Shown here: positions 42,501 through 59,160 of the stretch, one piece after another
How the letters are laid out: every line of letters starts with the position of its first letter
Position numbering within the stretch: position 1 is the stretch's first letter
Assembly (NCBI RefSeq): GCF_009914755.1
Contig: NC_060936.1
Length of the DNA: 64,000 bases
DNA from: the human T2T-CHM13v2.0 reference genome, Homo sapiens
Direction: 5' to 3' (one strand)
Position numbers and translations under genes: made by a program
The notes under the pieces: model-generated
Databases searched by the model: none
What the model was told of the DNA's origin: nothing
What the model saw: the letters and a program-made list of their open reading frames with translations, nothing else

Positions 42501-43804
42501 AAATGAAATAATTCTGGAAACATGTTTTGCCCTGTTAAGCCCCATCTAAAGAACATTAGACAATAAACTTTATTTAAGTACTTATGATCCCATTAGCCAG
42601 CTAATACCTCTGTGGACTTAGCTAAGCTCTGTGGAACTAGCTGAACTCCTTCCAACCACAAAATACACATACTTCTCATGCTCACATGGAAGATTCAACA
42701 AGAGAGACCACATTTTGGAACATAAAACATAGCTTAACAAATTTGAAAGCACAGAAACCATACATTTTTATTAAATTCTGTTTCTGATTCAACTAGCTAA
42801 ACTAAGTTCTGTGGTTTGTAACTAGACCACTATAAGAAACTCTGCTTACCTACAACTTCTAACCAGTATTTGGCTTTATACGCGGTCTCTGTTTAAACAG
42901 AGAATATGCTTGTCAATAAGCATTGAAAGGTTCATGTACCAGTTATAAATTAACAGTATTTTCTATTAGGACAAAGGTCACCCTACAACAATTCCCCACA
43001 GCAATGTGGCATAGTTACAAAGAGGCCAGCTTGATTTAGCAAAACAAACTTGAGTTTGTATCCAGACTCTGGGTTTTATCCTTGATTTGTCCTTCTTAGT
43101 TGTACTGCCTTAGGAAAGTTACAAAGACTCTCTAAATCTCTACTCACCTATAAATACAATAAAAACATTCATTGCCTCTGGAAGACATTATTACTTGCCT
43201 ACACATCAGTCAGTTCCTCTTATTCTTGTTTAGCACAATTCTAGTTTTATTCAGGTATCAGGTAGCAAGGTCCCACACCAGGTGATATCTCTTGATTGTT
43301 GTTAATCCTATTCCCACTTGTAAGTTAGTAATGGGCTTATTGTTTGATATGTGATTCATTTAGTTCAAAGGAACCTCATAGGACAGATTCTAGAGATTTC
43401 TGGAAAATATTTCATTCCTTGAAAAGGACAGAGTGAGAGAGAGCATGAGCAAGATCAAGAGTGAGAAGCTTTCTTTCCTCTTGCCTTTGAGGACAGTTAT
43501 GTGAGGGTATGATTCTTCGAGTTCTAGCAACCACCTTATCAATATGTAGAATGGAAAGACCAGCGGAATGACAGACCCACAGAGGTAGCACTATTAATTC
43601 ACTAAACCATCTTCAGAACCACCTTCCTCCAGATCCTCCATTCCTTGACAAAAATCAATCCTTAATGTTAAATCCAATTTCAGCTGAGTTTTTGCAGCTA
43701 ACACCATTATTATTGAAACGTTGCTCTGTGGGTTATTTGTAAGGACTGAATAAGGGACCCTTTTTAAACAAATGACAGATAACTTACTCCCCTACTCTAA
43801 CCCA

Positions 43805-44370
43805 TCCCATCGCTTCCCATCTCACTCAGAGTTAAACCCAAATACCTTACAACATTCACGGTTCGTTCTCCACTCTCCAATCCCGTCATTAAATCTGACC
43901 TAATCTCTTTCTACTTTTCTCCTTGCTCCCTATGCTTCACTCCTTCTGGCTTCCTTGCTGTTCCTCCCACAACCCAGGAAAGCTTCTTCCTAAGGATCTT
44001 TTCCTTAAGACTTTCCTCTACATTGACTGATCTTCCTCCAGATCATACACTTGAGTATCTCCCATCCATCCCTCTAATGAGACCTCATGTTCTCAATGGT
44101 ACCTTCCTGACCACTCTGTCAGTACACTTGACCCCCTTAGATAATTCCCCAGTTCTATTTTCCCCATAGCACATTTTGTCTTTTTCATAGTGGATAATTT
44201 ATTTATTTATTGGAATTATTACATACAATGTAAATATATGCAGAAGCTACATGAGGGCAGGATTTTTTATCTCCCTTGTTTAGTGATGTATCTCAAGCCC
44301 CAAAAGCAGTGCCTGACATATAGTTAGTAGGTGCTTAATAAATATATGTTCAATTAATGATGAATACATG
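43805..44370 (+). mobile_element. L2 3' end
   Basis: catgagggcagg...gtgcctgacata...gcttaataaatatatgtt...atgaat. Confidence 0.75.
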
Positions 44371-45559
44371 AATATATTCAAATGCCTGGCACATCCTAGC
44401 TACCCCAAGAAATCTTCCCATAATCGCTGTGCACGTCGTTCTTTGTCCTTGCCTACCTTGTGGTCCAGGCATGTGGTAAGATCCGTCTGGCTGCTTTTCA
44501 TGGTCCTGCTCTTTTTCTCCCTTTAATTTATATTTTCTTCACATTTTTTCTATATACAGTACTGCCACACTTCCTATGGTTTCTTCTTCTGATTTTCTCA
44601 TTGTATACACATTATCTTTCTTGTTCATTCAGCAAATATTTATTGTGTGCCTACTACGTGGCAGGTATTGTACTAATTTTTAGACTTTCAAAGAACAATA
44701 AAACAGAGTTTAAGCTTACAGCTATTCTGTTCTGTTTTCTCTCACATGCCAATGTGGTTAAAAAATGTATTTATGATTTTCTGTGACAAATTCATGAAGG
44801 TTTTTATACAACATGCCCAGGTCCAGGGTGAAAGGTGTGTGATGGTTACTGGTCAAGAAAACAAGTAGATTAAGCATGCTCAACAACAAACCATGGAAAG
44901 AAAGGTCAAGAGAACTGCAGCATGAATTACTGTACAAATGGGAGTTCAGTGCTCTGCTACTAAAAAGATAGTAGGACAGGGGTCTTTTTAGAGCATTACA
45001 GAAGTTGTGCTAGGAGTAAAGGAGAGTACACACATTACAAATGTGTAGAACACAACATATTTTAGTCACAGATAAATGTATTTTTAATAAATCTATTTTC
45101 CCAAAGAGTTGTAAAATATGTTATATATTTTATATTTATAAAATTATTGAATTATCAAAAACATTTAAAAACTCTTCTTTAAAGAGTTATCCCATTATAT
45201 TCTTTCCTTTGGCAAAGATATTTTCAGACAATTTTTTAATGCAAAAATTTCCAATTCTCAATAGCTGTCATAATGCCAAGTGAAGAAGTTATTCATCCAT
45301 GAAAGCTTTCTTTGTTAAAATACAGATCGCATTATTTATACAATCTGAATGTTTAATGAATGCATACAAATTCAAATGTCAATGTAGATAAACTAAAATT
45401 ACATTTCTATCAAGGAAGAAAGGCTTTTCAACAAAGAATAAGACTTTTGTTTTAAGGTGAAAAAGTTAAAGGATGAATTCTAAATTGTTTTCTAAGAATT
45501 AAATGACAGAGAAGTGTACGTAAAGGCTTCCTTAAAGGTTATCTTAAAAGCAAATATGA

Positions 45560-45953
45560 CAGTTCTGCACTTAATATTTATACCTACTTTATTTTTTGTT
45601 TTGCTTTGTTTTATTTTTTTATTATACTTTTAGTCCTAGGGTATATGTGCACAACGTGCAGCTTTGTTACATATGAATACATGTGCCGTGTTGGTTTGCT
45701 GCACCCATTAAGCAGCTATGCCAAGCACATCGCCTGTGGGTTAGCCCTGCTCTTCAAGGAACAGTACCTCTGCTGCTGTACACTGCCACTTCAATAAAAG
45801 TTACTAACACCACCAAAAAAAAAAAAAAAAAGAAAAAAGAAGAAAAAGAAATTGCCTTCCTTTTACAGTTAAATAACTCTCTCAGCCTGCTTCCTGCCCG
45901 TAGGAAGTTGGGGGCTTGGAAGGTTTTCTTCATTAAAAAAAAAAAAAAAAAAA
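45560..45953 (+). mobile_element. Composite TPRT insertion: inverted L1 3' end, MER41 LTR fragment, poly(A), 83-nt unique sequence, poly(A)
   Basis: Perfect TSD AAAAGCAAATATGA at 45546-45559 and 45954-45967, at a TT/AAAA site. Confidence 0.88.
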
Positions 45954-46741
45954 AAAAGCAAATATGAAACTATACCTTTAAACAATGAATAATGGTGTAG
46001 CCATTTCATCTTATAGTTTCTAGGATGAATTAAAATAACATATTTTATCCTATATTATGAAGAAAAGTGGTAAAAATCTTTCTCAAATTACTATAAGGAT
46101 AATAAATATAATTTAAGAATTTTGTCTATGCATCCAGACTAAAATGGCATAGAGACATAAGCCCTTATCAATAAAAAAAACTCTTGAGCAGAATTGCCAT
46201 TCATAGAAGGATTTGACCATAACAAAAGATTCTGTGAAGCTATTTTTTCAACTATATATAAAACTTTTCTCACATAAAATCATACACCCAGATTATTTTT
46301 TATTTCAAGATATTTATTTATTTACAGGTCAGATGAGGGGCTATAACAAACAGAAAATTATTTGATTCTCTCAGTTCCTTCCTGTCACAGCAGTGCAAGG
46401 AAGGACTTTTCGTAGAATGATTTTCAAAAGATTTCCCAGATAAAATAAAGTCACAAGGAAGGAGATTTAGATTCATTGCCTACATAGGCGCTTGCCAGCA
46501 AGGTTATTCTATTTGCAGACAAAGCAAATTTGTATAAACGATGTATATTATTGAGAACCTAACTGATGAAACAGTTTTCCCCCTCAGGCCTTTTCTAAAT
46601 GCTCCCCTTTCACAAAAATCTTTATGACTAAGATATTTTCTGTGAAATAGTCGACAAAGATTTTGGCAGTATTAAAACTGAGATTTTTTTTCCCTTTGTG
46701 TAAGGCATATAGAGAGAACAAGTTTGAGGGACAAGGAGTCA

Positions 46742-47060
46742 GTATCTTAGTTTGGGCTACTAGAACAGAGTATGATGAGCTGGAAGGGGTTATCAACAGC
46801 AGAAATTTATTTCTCATTGTTCTGGAGGATGGAAATTTGAGACTGTGGTGCCAGCATGATCAAATTCTGGTGAGGGCTGTCTTCTAGGCTGCAGACTGCT
46901 GACGTCTCTTTGTACCCTCACATGGTAGAAAGAGGGGAAAGAGAGCTCTCTAGGGTCCCTTTTACCAGGGTATGATGCCATTCACAATTGGCTCTACCCA
47001 AAGGCCACATGACTCTAAGTAAATGCCCTAATACTGTCATATCAGTGCTTAGGATTTAAC
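46742..47060 (-). mobile_element. MLT1A-like LTR
   Basis: tatcttagtttgggctac...aacagcagaaatttatttctca...ctggtgagggc. Confidence 0.75.
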
Positions 47061-47399
47061 CTGCTCAGTGATTTCAGGAAAATCATTAATCATCATTGAA
47101 CATATAAATCTCAACTGCTATAGGTCCTGGAGAAGCTATTCAATTGTCCCCATGAGAAACTGCTCAAGTAGAAATCAGTGTATACAATTTGGGACATTTG
47201 CACTTGTTAATTTCAATTTGAAGTCAGTATAAAGATGCTTTCAAATGTAAGATATGATATAAATTAAAATGATATAAGAAATAAAAGGTAATTATTTAAC
47301 TCATATAACCAAGAATGGTAAGGTCAGTTCTAGGTCTGAGGGTTTAAATGATGCTGCAAGGGGACTGGGCTCTTCTTTGCTCTATAAGGTTTCATCCAG

Positions 47400-47860
47400 A
47401 AAAAGTGGCCCTACATAACACCACAACAGAGAGTTATGAACTTTTGCCCAGTTCCAAAACCTAATCCAGTTTACAAACCCAAGTCTCCTCAATAAGAAGT
47501 CAAGATTTCCTTGAGAAAAACATATACTATAAAACTTTGCTCTAGTTTTTTCCAGAGAGACCTGCAGCCACTTACCAGAAAGGACTATACATTGGAGAAG
47601 AGAATATAGGACGAAAGTGGATACTGGCTCAAAATTAATCTCCAAGGATCAAAATTTTACTTCAATCCATCAGAAATTCCCCTCTCTGTTAAGTATAAAA
47701 CAAGACCATACTTCTTGAAGAAGAAAAATGTTTTGAGCTACCATCAAAGACTGAAGAGGCGAAGGTATGGTGTCTCCTATCACATCATGATTCAATTCTC
47801 CTATTTCAACCGTACAGAAGAGTGATGAGTCTTGAGTTATGACAGTGGCTTACTATAAGG
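47400..47860 (+). mobile_element. ERVL pro/pol fragment
   Basis: VDTGSKL protease-like motif; FNSPISTVQKSDES*VMTVAY matches the degenerate RT N-terminal motif FNSPIWPVQK.DGSWRMTVDY. Confidence 0.7.
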
Positions 47861-48009
47861 ACATAAATTCAAATTAACATTTATAGAAAACTGCATCCAA
47901 CAACAGCAAAATACATTTTTTCCTGTTTACATGGAATAATCACAAAGATAAAAGATGTCATGAGTCATGAAAAAAATTGTACTAAATATGAAAGAATAAA
48001 AATGATGAT

Positions 48010-50022
<2,013 letters not shown>

Positions 50023-53000
50023 TTATTTAGATATAAAAAAAGACGCAAATAAATAAATGGAGATATAGTCTGCATACCTGGATTAGAAGTTTCAAAGTTA
50101 TTAAGATTTAAATTCTTCCCAAAATAGTCTACATATTTATTGAAATCCCAATCAAAATCCCAGCAAATTATTTTGCAGATAATCACAAACTGACTTCAAA
50201 ATTTATATTGAAGACTGAAGACCTATAATAGCCTAACACAATCCTGAAGAAGATTAACAAAGTTAGAAGACTCACACAATACAATTTTAGCACTTACTAT
50301 AAAACTACAGTAATCGGGATATTACTCTATTTGCAGAATAGATACCTAGATCACTGGAACAAAATTTTAAAAACCAGAAATACACTCACACAAATATAGT
50401 CAACTCATCTATGAATAAGAGCAAAAGCAATTTAAAGGAGAAAAGATAATCTTTGCAAAAATGATGTTAGAGCTATTATGTACTATATGCAAAAAAAATG
50501 AAACTAAACACAGACCTCCTACCTTACACAAATATTAGCTCAAAATAAATCAAAGACCTAAATGTGAAATGTAAAGCTATAAAACTTCTAGAAAAAAATC
50601 TATGTGACCTTTGTTCAGTAATGGATGTTTAGATAAAACACCAAATCCAAGACCTGTGAAAGAAAAAAAATAATAAGTTGGATTTTCTTAAAATTAAAAC
50701 ATTTTTGTTTTGTGAAAGATATGGTTAAAAGAATGAAAAGACAAGCCACATACTAGGAGAAAATATTTACATAACACATATTGATGAAAAACTCCTGTTG
50801 AAAATGCACAATGACTTAAATTTCAATATTAGGAAAACAATCCAATTTAAAAATAGATGAAGTTTCTAAAAAGACAAATCAACAAAAATGATATATAAAT
50901 GACAAATATGAGAGAATTTATAACAGCATTTGTAATATTAAAACTATAATGAGATACAACTATACCCTTCTTAGAATGATTAACAAACAAACAAAAAACA
51001 ACCTGACAATTCTGCTGAGGATATGGAGCAACAGAAACTCTCTCATTCATTGCTGGTGGAAATGCAAAATGACACAACTACTTTGAAAGATATTTTGTAG
51101 CCTTTTTCAAAACTAAACATAGTCTTATCATATAATGCAGTAACTGCAATTACACTCCTAGTCATTGATCTAACAAATTTGAAACCTTATGTCCATACAA
51201 AGACCTTCAGGTAAATGTTTATAATAGTTTTCTTTATAATTTTCACATGCTAGAAGCAATGAAGTTGTCTTTCAACAGGCAAATGAAGAAACAAACCATG
51301 AAATATTAATCAGCAATAAAAAATGAGTTATCAAGCTACTCAACAACTTCGATGTATCATAAATGTGTATTGATAGGTTGAAGAAGCCCATCTAAAAAGG
51401 CTACATACTTTATGATTTTGACTAAATGATGTGTGAAAAGACCAAAACTATAGCAAAAGTAAAACTAATTGAGAGTTTTCCAGGAGTTTGCAGGGAAGTG
51501 AAGTAGGATGAAACAGTGAAGCATGGGGAGATTTTTAGTGTAGTGAAAATATCCTGTATGATACTGTAATTGTGGATATATAACATTATGTCTTTGTCAA
51601 ACACATAGAATATATGAATTAAAAAATAATCATTTAGGAGGTTGCAGGATACAAGAATGGAATTCAGAATGTGACAAAACAATCTAACAGAATTGCGTAT
51701 GTATGAAACAACCTAAATAAAGGAAGTAGGGCAAAAAGAAGTGGCAAAAGTGGAGTCTATAGGACTTAAGTTCAAAGAAACTATACATAGACAGTACTAT
51801 TGATAAAGTTATTTCCCATGAGGATGAAGTTAATAATTCTGATACTGCTATACATGTACACTGGATTTGAATAATTAAGCTTATAGATGGCAGATGGTAA
51901 GAGCTAGGTTCTCACTGTTGGACTGAGAGTTTACAGGTTAAGGGGAAGAGGCTAGAATGACCTGCATGGTAATGGATTAACATTAGACACAGTATGAACT
52001 CATGTGTAGTCTAGCATAGATACAAATGGTTGTATAAAGAAATAATCATAAACATATATATATATATATATATATATATAAGCATTGTGTATACATCTAC
52101 ATTTTTATGCTCTGTCAGCTGAAAAGCCTAGAAGCAACTACACACAATAGCAAGGAGCACACCTAGCGCTTAGATCTTAGATTCCAATAGCATTCTTCAA
52201 TAACACAGAGTCAGAGCTTTTTGGGGGAACCACCTGAATGTAGTACTAGCGTCAGAAAATATTCGAGGTAACTCTGGATCAACTTGTAGTGCCAGGGAGT
52301 GATAAAAAATAAATAAATAGGATGAAGAAAAACAAAAAAGGAAGAAAGGAAACGATGATTGGAATATGTCAAAGAGACATGGAGTCAACTTAAAGGGCTA
52401 CCAATGGCTGAAGCTGGAACAATTTGAAAAAACAAATTAAACAAAGGAGTATTGAACTACAACTACAACTCAAAATATACAATAATATGTATGAGCCTAT
52501 AATAATATAAATAGTTGGTCGAATCACTAAATAAGGGGATGAGAAAAAACAAATATCTCATGAAGAATTCCAAATAGTTTAATGCAGTTATCTTGTAACT
52601 GCCCACCTCTTCATTGTGTGCTGAGTAACTGTTGGCTAAAGAGTATATGATATGGAAGGAGGGAGTGAAGAGAGCAACCTTAGATGGAGAAACCAAACAA
52701 AAATGACCTCATTGCTACCCAAGGGTAGCATGAATAGTGATAAGTCACATGGATAGTATGTTCCTTGACTGTAATATGATGATAATAGCACTTTAGCTCT
52801 GTAGTTTTTCTCCGAAGATCACATAAACCCAGTATAATCAAGAGCAACATCAGGAAAAAAAAATTGAAGGTCATTCTACAGAATGCCCAACCACTAGTCA
52901 TCTGTTAAGGTCATTTAAAGAAAAGAAAGTCTGAAAAACTGTAAACAGTCAAATGGCTAAAGAGGCATGACAACTAGATCTATGCAAGACACCACATTAC

Positions 53001-53220
53001 TAGACTACTAGAACTACAAATGGACATTAAGTAAACATAAAGAAATCTGAATAAAGTATGACCTTATAAAGTAATACTAACAAAACATATTAACATTGGT
53101 GCATTGTTAACATATACATCATATAAATGTGACATGCTAATAATAGCAAACATTGAGTGTGTAGGATAATGCAACTCTATAGTTCTTCAGGAAATATATT
53201 TTCTAAAAAATAAAGTTTAC
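50023..53220 (+). mobile_element. Ancient L1M (L1MC/MD-like) ORF2 end and 3'UTR; upstream piece at ~47865-48009
   Basis: Similar to 25000-27235 (e.g. tgataaagtt...tctgatactgctatac). Confidence 0.8.
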
Positions 53221-56008
53221 TAAGAAATAGAATTTTAAAAAATAAGCAGCAGTCTAAAATTCTTTTCCATTAGAAGCTGCATTTTAAACAATGTAAGTGA
53301 AAATTGACAGCAGTTTTATAAATTGCTTATAGAAAAGGAAATTCTCACACTGTGGTCCTATCAAAGTCTTCTTGACAGCAAAATAAACCTTAATGACATG
53401 ACAAAAGTTCCTTTATTGAGGTGTTAGTGACACAGAAATAAACCACATTTGAGTCCTAACTTCTTAGCTTCTCTATATTAAACTTTTAATATTCTTTCTG
53501 CTGTCATATTATTTATGAAGACACTCGTTTGGTACTCTTTAAAATTACCGAACATCTTAATTTATGAGTTGTTATTAACTTTTGCCATTAGTCAAAAAAA
53601 GATTTGTCTTGGATTCTCTAGGAATGACAATGACTTGGTTTAGGTTTATTCACAATATATTCAAATGAGCAAAGATCGGGAAAATACTTCACATTATCAA
53701 ATCCAAATATTCCAAACATACGGAGGAACATACAAAGAGAAGAAAGCTTAGTGAGGAGAAAGTTCAAGGAGCATCATGGTCGATTGCACAGAAAAATGTG
53801 GCCAAATATTATACTGGCTTCCCAAGTTCACTATAATTTGCTGCAGAAATGGCAGCTAAAAAGGCAATATGAGAAGACCTGAAAAAAGTATCAATATTTT
53901 CTGGAGAAGCAAATGAGGATATATATTGCATATGCAGTGAGTACATTATATCTAATTTTGTGCATAAAATATTCTATGCTATATCCTAAAGAGAAATATT
54001 TTGAGACTAATGTAATTACATTCTACCAAACTAAAATCATTCATACCTGATCACTGATACTGAGTTAAATTGAATTAAAACAAATTAGCTAAGATAGGAA
54101 GTTTTTTTCATATTGTTTGTTTAGTTTAGGTTCAAAATGTCTTTTGGCCTACAGAAAAGCCTCTTAGTCACTTTGAAATTAATGCCTAATCAATCAATTT
54201 CTCCCAGAATGTTTGCAAAAGGCCCATAAGTGAGTTGATACACATTAAATCATTAGAATAAAACTCAAGGGTTTTTTTTTCTTTTAGATAACTACTTGTT
54301 TTTATAATAGTAAAAAAAAATCCGTAAAAGTTACATTAAATCCAAGTAATCTTTATGAAGAAGAAGAAAAAGGTTACTTTACCAATGTTACATAAAATTT
54401 CAGAGTTTCAAATGAAAGAAACCCAGAGACGTATTTGATGAATTCTTTTGTTCAAATTCAGGCCTAATCATGTGTCTCATAAAGAAGGCTTATCAGCAAG
54501 ATGTTCAAAAGAAAGTATCGACTTGCTCACATAAAGCCTTAAATCTCCAACCAGGAAATCTGAAAAGACTGAATAAGGATTTTGTCTTTTGGCGAAATGA
54601 AGGAATAATAACCTTGGGAAACTGAATACTTTCATTATGGATTACTGAAAAGACTTCTAAGATCCTTGTTCATCTTCTTCAAATAAAGTATATCTACAAC
54701 TACGAAACGTTATTTTATCTGAAGCCTATGAATAAAAATGTTACCCAAATTATTCCAGATGTAATTTAGTATTTATTTTAAACAAAACTACACTTCGTCC
54801 CCATACACATTTTCTTAGCATCAGTATGAGTTATTTCTAAAAGATTGCTTAGTGAGGAATGCTGTTGAATTTGTCTTGTTTCTTTCTTTCTCTCTCTTCA
54901 CCATCCTTTCACTTGCCTTTTCAACCTCATGCTTATTAGAAACATAGTGTTTATTCTTGATGATTTGGTCTGCTTGTAAACAAATTTTGTGGCAATTTAT
55001 TTATATTTATTTCAGATAGAAATTTTTGTCAGGTTAAATTGCAAATTATAGGCTGAATAAAGCCATGGTGAATTTTTAGATAGCCAATAGCCTAAACTCT
55101 TTCACAGTCTAAAATCCTCACTCTTAGCAATTTGTTCGTGGAACCAGTCCGTAGAAAGCTGCCGTCAAGATGGGAATATACCACTTTGCTCTCAGTTCTT
55201 CTACAATATAACTATTCATCAAGTGATTCCTTTCCAGTACTTTACTGTGAACACTAGTGGAGAAGTAAAGCATTCAGATTATGGGTCTCTGTTTCAGAAA
55301 TTTAGGCTTGCATATAACACCATGAGGAATTCCAGGAACTAAAGAAGTTAATGAGAAAACAGAAAAGGAAGGAGGCACAGAGTAAACAGAAGAGCTAAAT
55401 TCTAAGAAAACTCAGGGGCCACAGGCAACTTCAAAATTTTTAAAGTTCCAAAGTTAAATTGTTAATTAAAGAAAGAAAACATGCAAGAAATAATTTTGGT
55501 ATGGATGACCCAATAAGGTAGAAACGTGGAGCAAAAACTAATGCCAAATGAATGAAATTAAACAGATATACTAAATAAAATGTTTTTCTGTGTCCCGATT
55601 TGACACAGTAAGAAATAAAATAATTTTCACTAAGTTTGTAGGGTTTATGGAATTTATGAAATTCACTTGTTGAGATCCCTAAAGATGACCTCAAAGAATT
55701 AGACAATTGCCATTCAGGGAACTGGAGATATATTCAGACACCTGGTGTCACTACCAGTTGTGAAGGTCTCCTGATAGTATACTAAGATGCTGTGGTTGAA
55801 GAATGAGTTGACATCACCAAAAAAGTCTATCTCAAAGCTGAATTTATCAGCCTGTAAGTCATAAAAGAGCTCACCATGCCAGAGCAACTTTGGAGAGCTT
55901 CTCTGGGTGAAGAGTAAGAGAGCCAAGATAAAGCCTCTGAGTATGACTTTTGATTAGTTAAAAAGAGAACTGAAAGTCTCTTTCGGTAATTGTCCGTTTT
56001 TTTAATAA

Positions 56009-56297
<289 letters not shown>

Positions 56298-58939
56298 AGG
56301 GATTTGTCATTATCCAAGTGTGGTGTCATTGGTTTATGCTCCAACCATAGACTCGGTTCCCAACAAAGCCTGAAAACGGGTTTGTATTTTGTTTTCTCAA
56401 TGTTCTATGGATACAGAAAAAAAAATTAAAATGGCAAGAGCAGAATCTTTAAAATACAGGTGTGAATTGTAATTTAGCTCCTAGTTTTATTGGGATACTA
56501 TGTGGAAGTGATTCCACAATTAATTTTTAACAAGCAAAGTAGAGCAGAGTTAATGGTAATAAAGGTATAAATTCTCCAATTGTAATCTAATTTAAAATTC
56601 ACAGCAGCCCTAATGTTTGAGGTATCCTGTTTTAACACTAAAGAGACCAATTCTTATAGAACATAGACCTTCCCATCCCCACCCCCCTAAAAAAATCCTT
56701 CTTAGCTCCCTGGAAATTGAGAGAATGTAGGTTTATGCAATAATAAACTCTTTTTCCTCTACTGCATACTAATAAAGTAATTATTCTCCTCTCATCCTTT
56801 ATGTTAGGCCTTAGGAGTATTTCTCTTTCTTTGGTCAGAGACATTTGTGGTGAAAAAAAGACATATCATTAAAAAATTGTTTATTTTATTGTCAAAAGTG
56901 GTTTAAAGTATTGTTTTGCTTCCTTCACTCAGCTACCAGCTCCAATCTGAACATTTTACTACCACTCTCACAGCTACCTCTGACAGTTTTTCTAGGCTGT
57001 GATCACTTTTCTTTACCTAAGGATTGCAGAACTGCAATTGCTCAAAAATTCAGGAAGACATTTTTCAGTTGTTTTTGGTAATGGTTTCTTACTAACTTTT
57101 ACCTTATGTTGATGTGATATACTTTTAAATATCATACTTTTTTCCCCGGCTTACTTAAATTGCTTACTCTAACATTTTGTCCCAGGCAAGGGTTGTTCAT
57201 TTTAAATGTATTACACATTGTTTAGAACAGTTGTGAAAAAAAGTAGAAATTATATCTTATTTCTACTTACTTTGAAACTTCAGGATTTGAGTATACATAC
57301 TTTATTATTGTTTTTGCCAAGCATTATTCCAAGCCTCAAATAGAATATAGTCAATATCTAGCCATTTTCCTACTTTGTCATGCCTCTTTCCTACAAAGCC
57401 TCTTCTCAATTTTCCAAAATAAGCACACTGTAAAAACCTTGCAGAAATATCACCATTTAACACTTTCATAGCAAAATGCCTCTTTACTTTTCCATATCCT
57501 AATTTTATAGAAGGTATATCTGCCAAAGCAATATTTTTGGTCAATTTTTATATTGACCAAAAAATGTAAATTTTTATTCCTCAAACTCAATACAATATTT
57601 TTAATTAAGAAGGGAAAAAATCTGGAAGTACATTCCAAATGGAGTTATTAGAATGTCAAATCAGGTGAAGAGATTTTCAAAAAGTGCCAATAAAGGGACT
57701 ATGCATCAAGTATGTCATGTAAAAATTACCTCTAATTCCAAATTTTATTAATTATTGGGTGATCAGGATGTCATGTTTTATGTTTTTATATTTTAATATG
57801 ATGAAGTGTTATTATTTCTGTGCATTTCTCTATATTTTAGTTGCATTTTAGAAAATTTGTTGGGGTGTGAGTTTTCATGAAATGAGTTACAATTTTTCCT
57901 GCTTAAAATAATGAGAAATAGGCTTTTGGTTAGTGTTTCCATGCAGAACATCTAACTCTGGAGAAGAAATTTCTGGCATTCAATGGAGATAATCATAATT
58001 AGTTGAAAACTATTTTAGGTCACAAGAGTATCAATGTCCTGGTGAAATTGCCATGGGAGACCATTACGTTTACTCTCTTCTATGACTACCAGTTCTAAGC
58101 TTGTAAATGATATCATTGCCATTGTTACTTAAACTTGAGATCAAGCAAAGGGACTCCCTAATTTCTTCTAATCAGTATGTATAGTTATCATCTGCAGTTT
58201 CTGTCTGATTATTATTCATTCACTGCATTTCTAAAAGAATGTGCTGATTTTCCTTGGAAAAACTATTCTCCATCACTCTCAGTCTGGGGTGTAGGGAAAT
58301 GGGCCTATATATCATCTCTGATTCCAACGATGGGCATATGATTTACAAGTTTTCAATCAAACTACTTCATGATCCCAATCACAGTGGTTGGCTTCCAGAT
58401 GAGCATGTGACCCAAGCAAGATCAATAAGAACTTTAGTTAGCACTTTTGCTTGAATCATTGGAAAACAGCTGGTGGGTTTTTTGTTTTGTTAAGGTAATA
58501 GGCTGTAAGTCCAATTGTTTTGAAAGCCATTTTGCCACCATATGAAAAAGCTGGCATGAAAACACAAAAAAGGAAGGGCAAGTGATGAAGAAGGACTGAG
58601 TCCTAATGACATCATCTGAGTCCACCTATCCATGCCTTTCTAAAGCCCAGATGTTCTTTTAGATATAAGTCTAATTTTTTGTTGTTGTTGCTTAATATAC
58701 TTGCATAAGAATACTGGCTATTGCAGAATACCTTTTGGGTTAAATCAAAACGTATTTGCATTCTTCCTCTCTCACTGGATTATACACTAAACATCATAAT
58801 TAGGGCTGCCACTTTATGGATTAAATGAATAAACAAAAAAAGAGAAGAAAAAATAAAACTATCAGTTGCCTTCCCTTGAGCTCCTACTGGTGATCCTAAG
58901 AAAAAAAAAATGCTCCAAGGACCTTTTCATAGTAATTAA

Positions 58940-59160
58940 CAGTGCATTCTGTGAAGCAAGACATTCTGAGATCAAATCCTACTATACTATTATTAGCTCT
59001 ATAGCCTTAAGAAGGTTACTCTGTTCCTCAATTTTTTTCATTTATAAAATTTGGGCAATCTTTTGTAAGGTTGTTGTAAGAATTAAATGAGATGATACGT
59101 AATGTATTTAACATAGTGCCAGATAGATGGTAAACGCTCAATAGATGCCAATATCTGAGT
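58940..59160 (+). mobile_element. MIR
   Basis: cctcaatttttttcatttataaaat...gttgtaagaattaaatgagat. Confidence 0.7.

Noticed and set aside
55717-55859. Candidate exon (cag...gtaagt)
   Set aside because: Weak acceptor, no recognisable protein, no transcript evidence.
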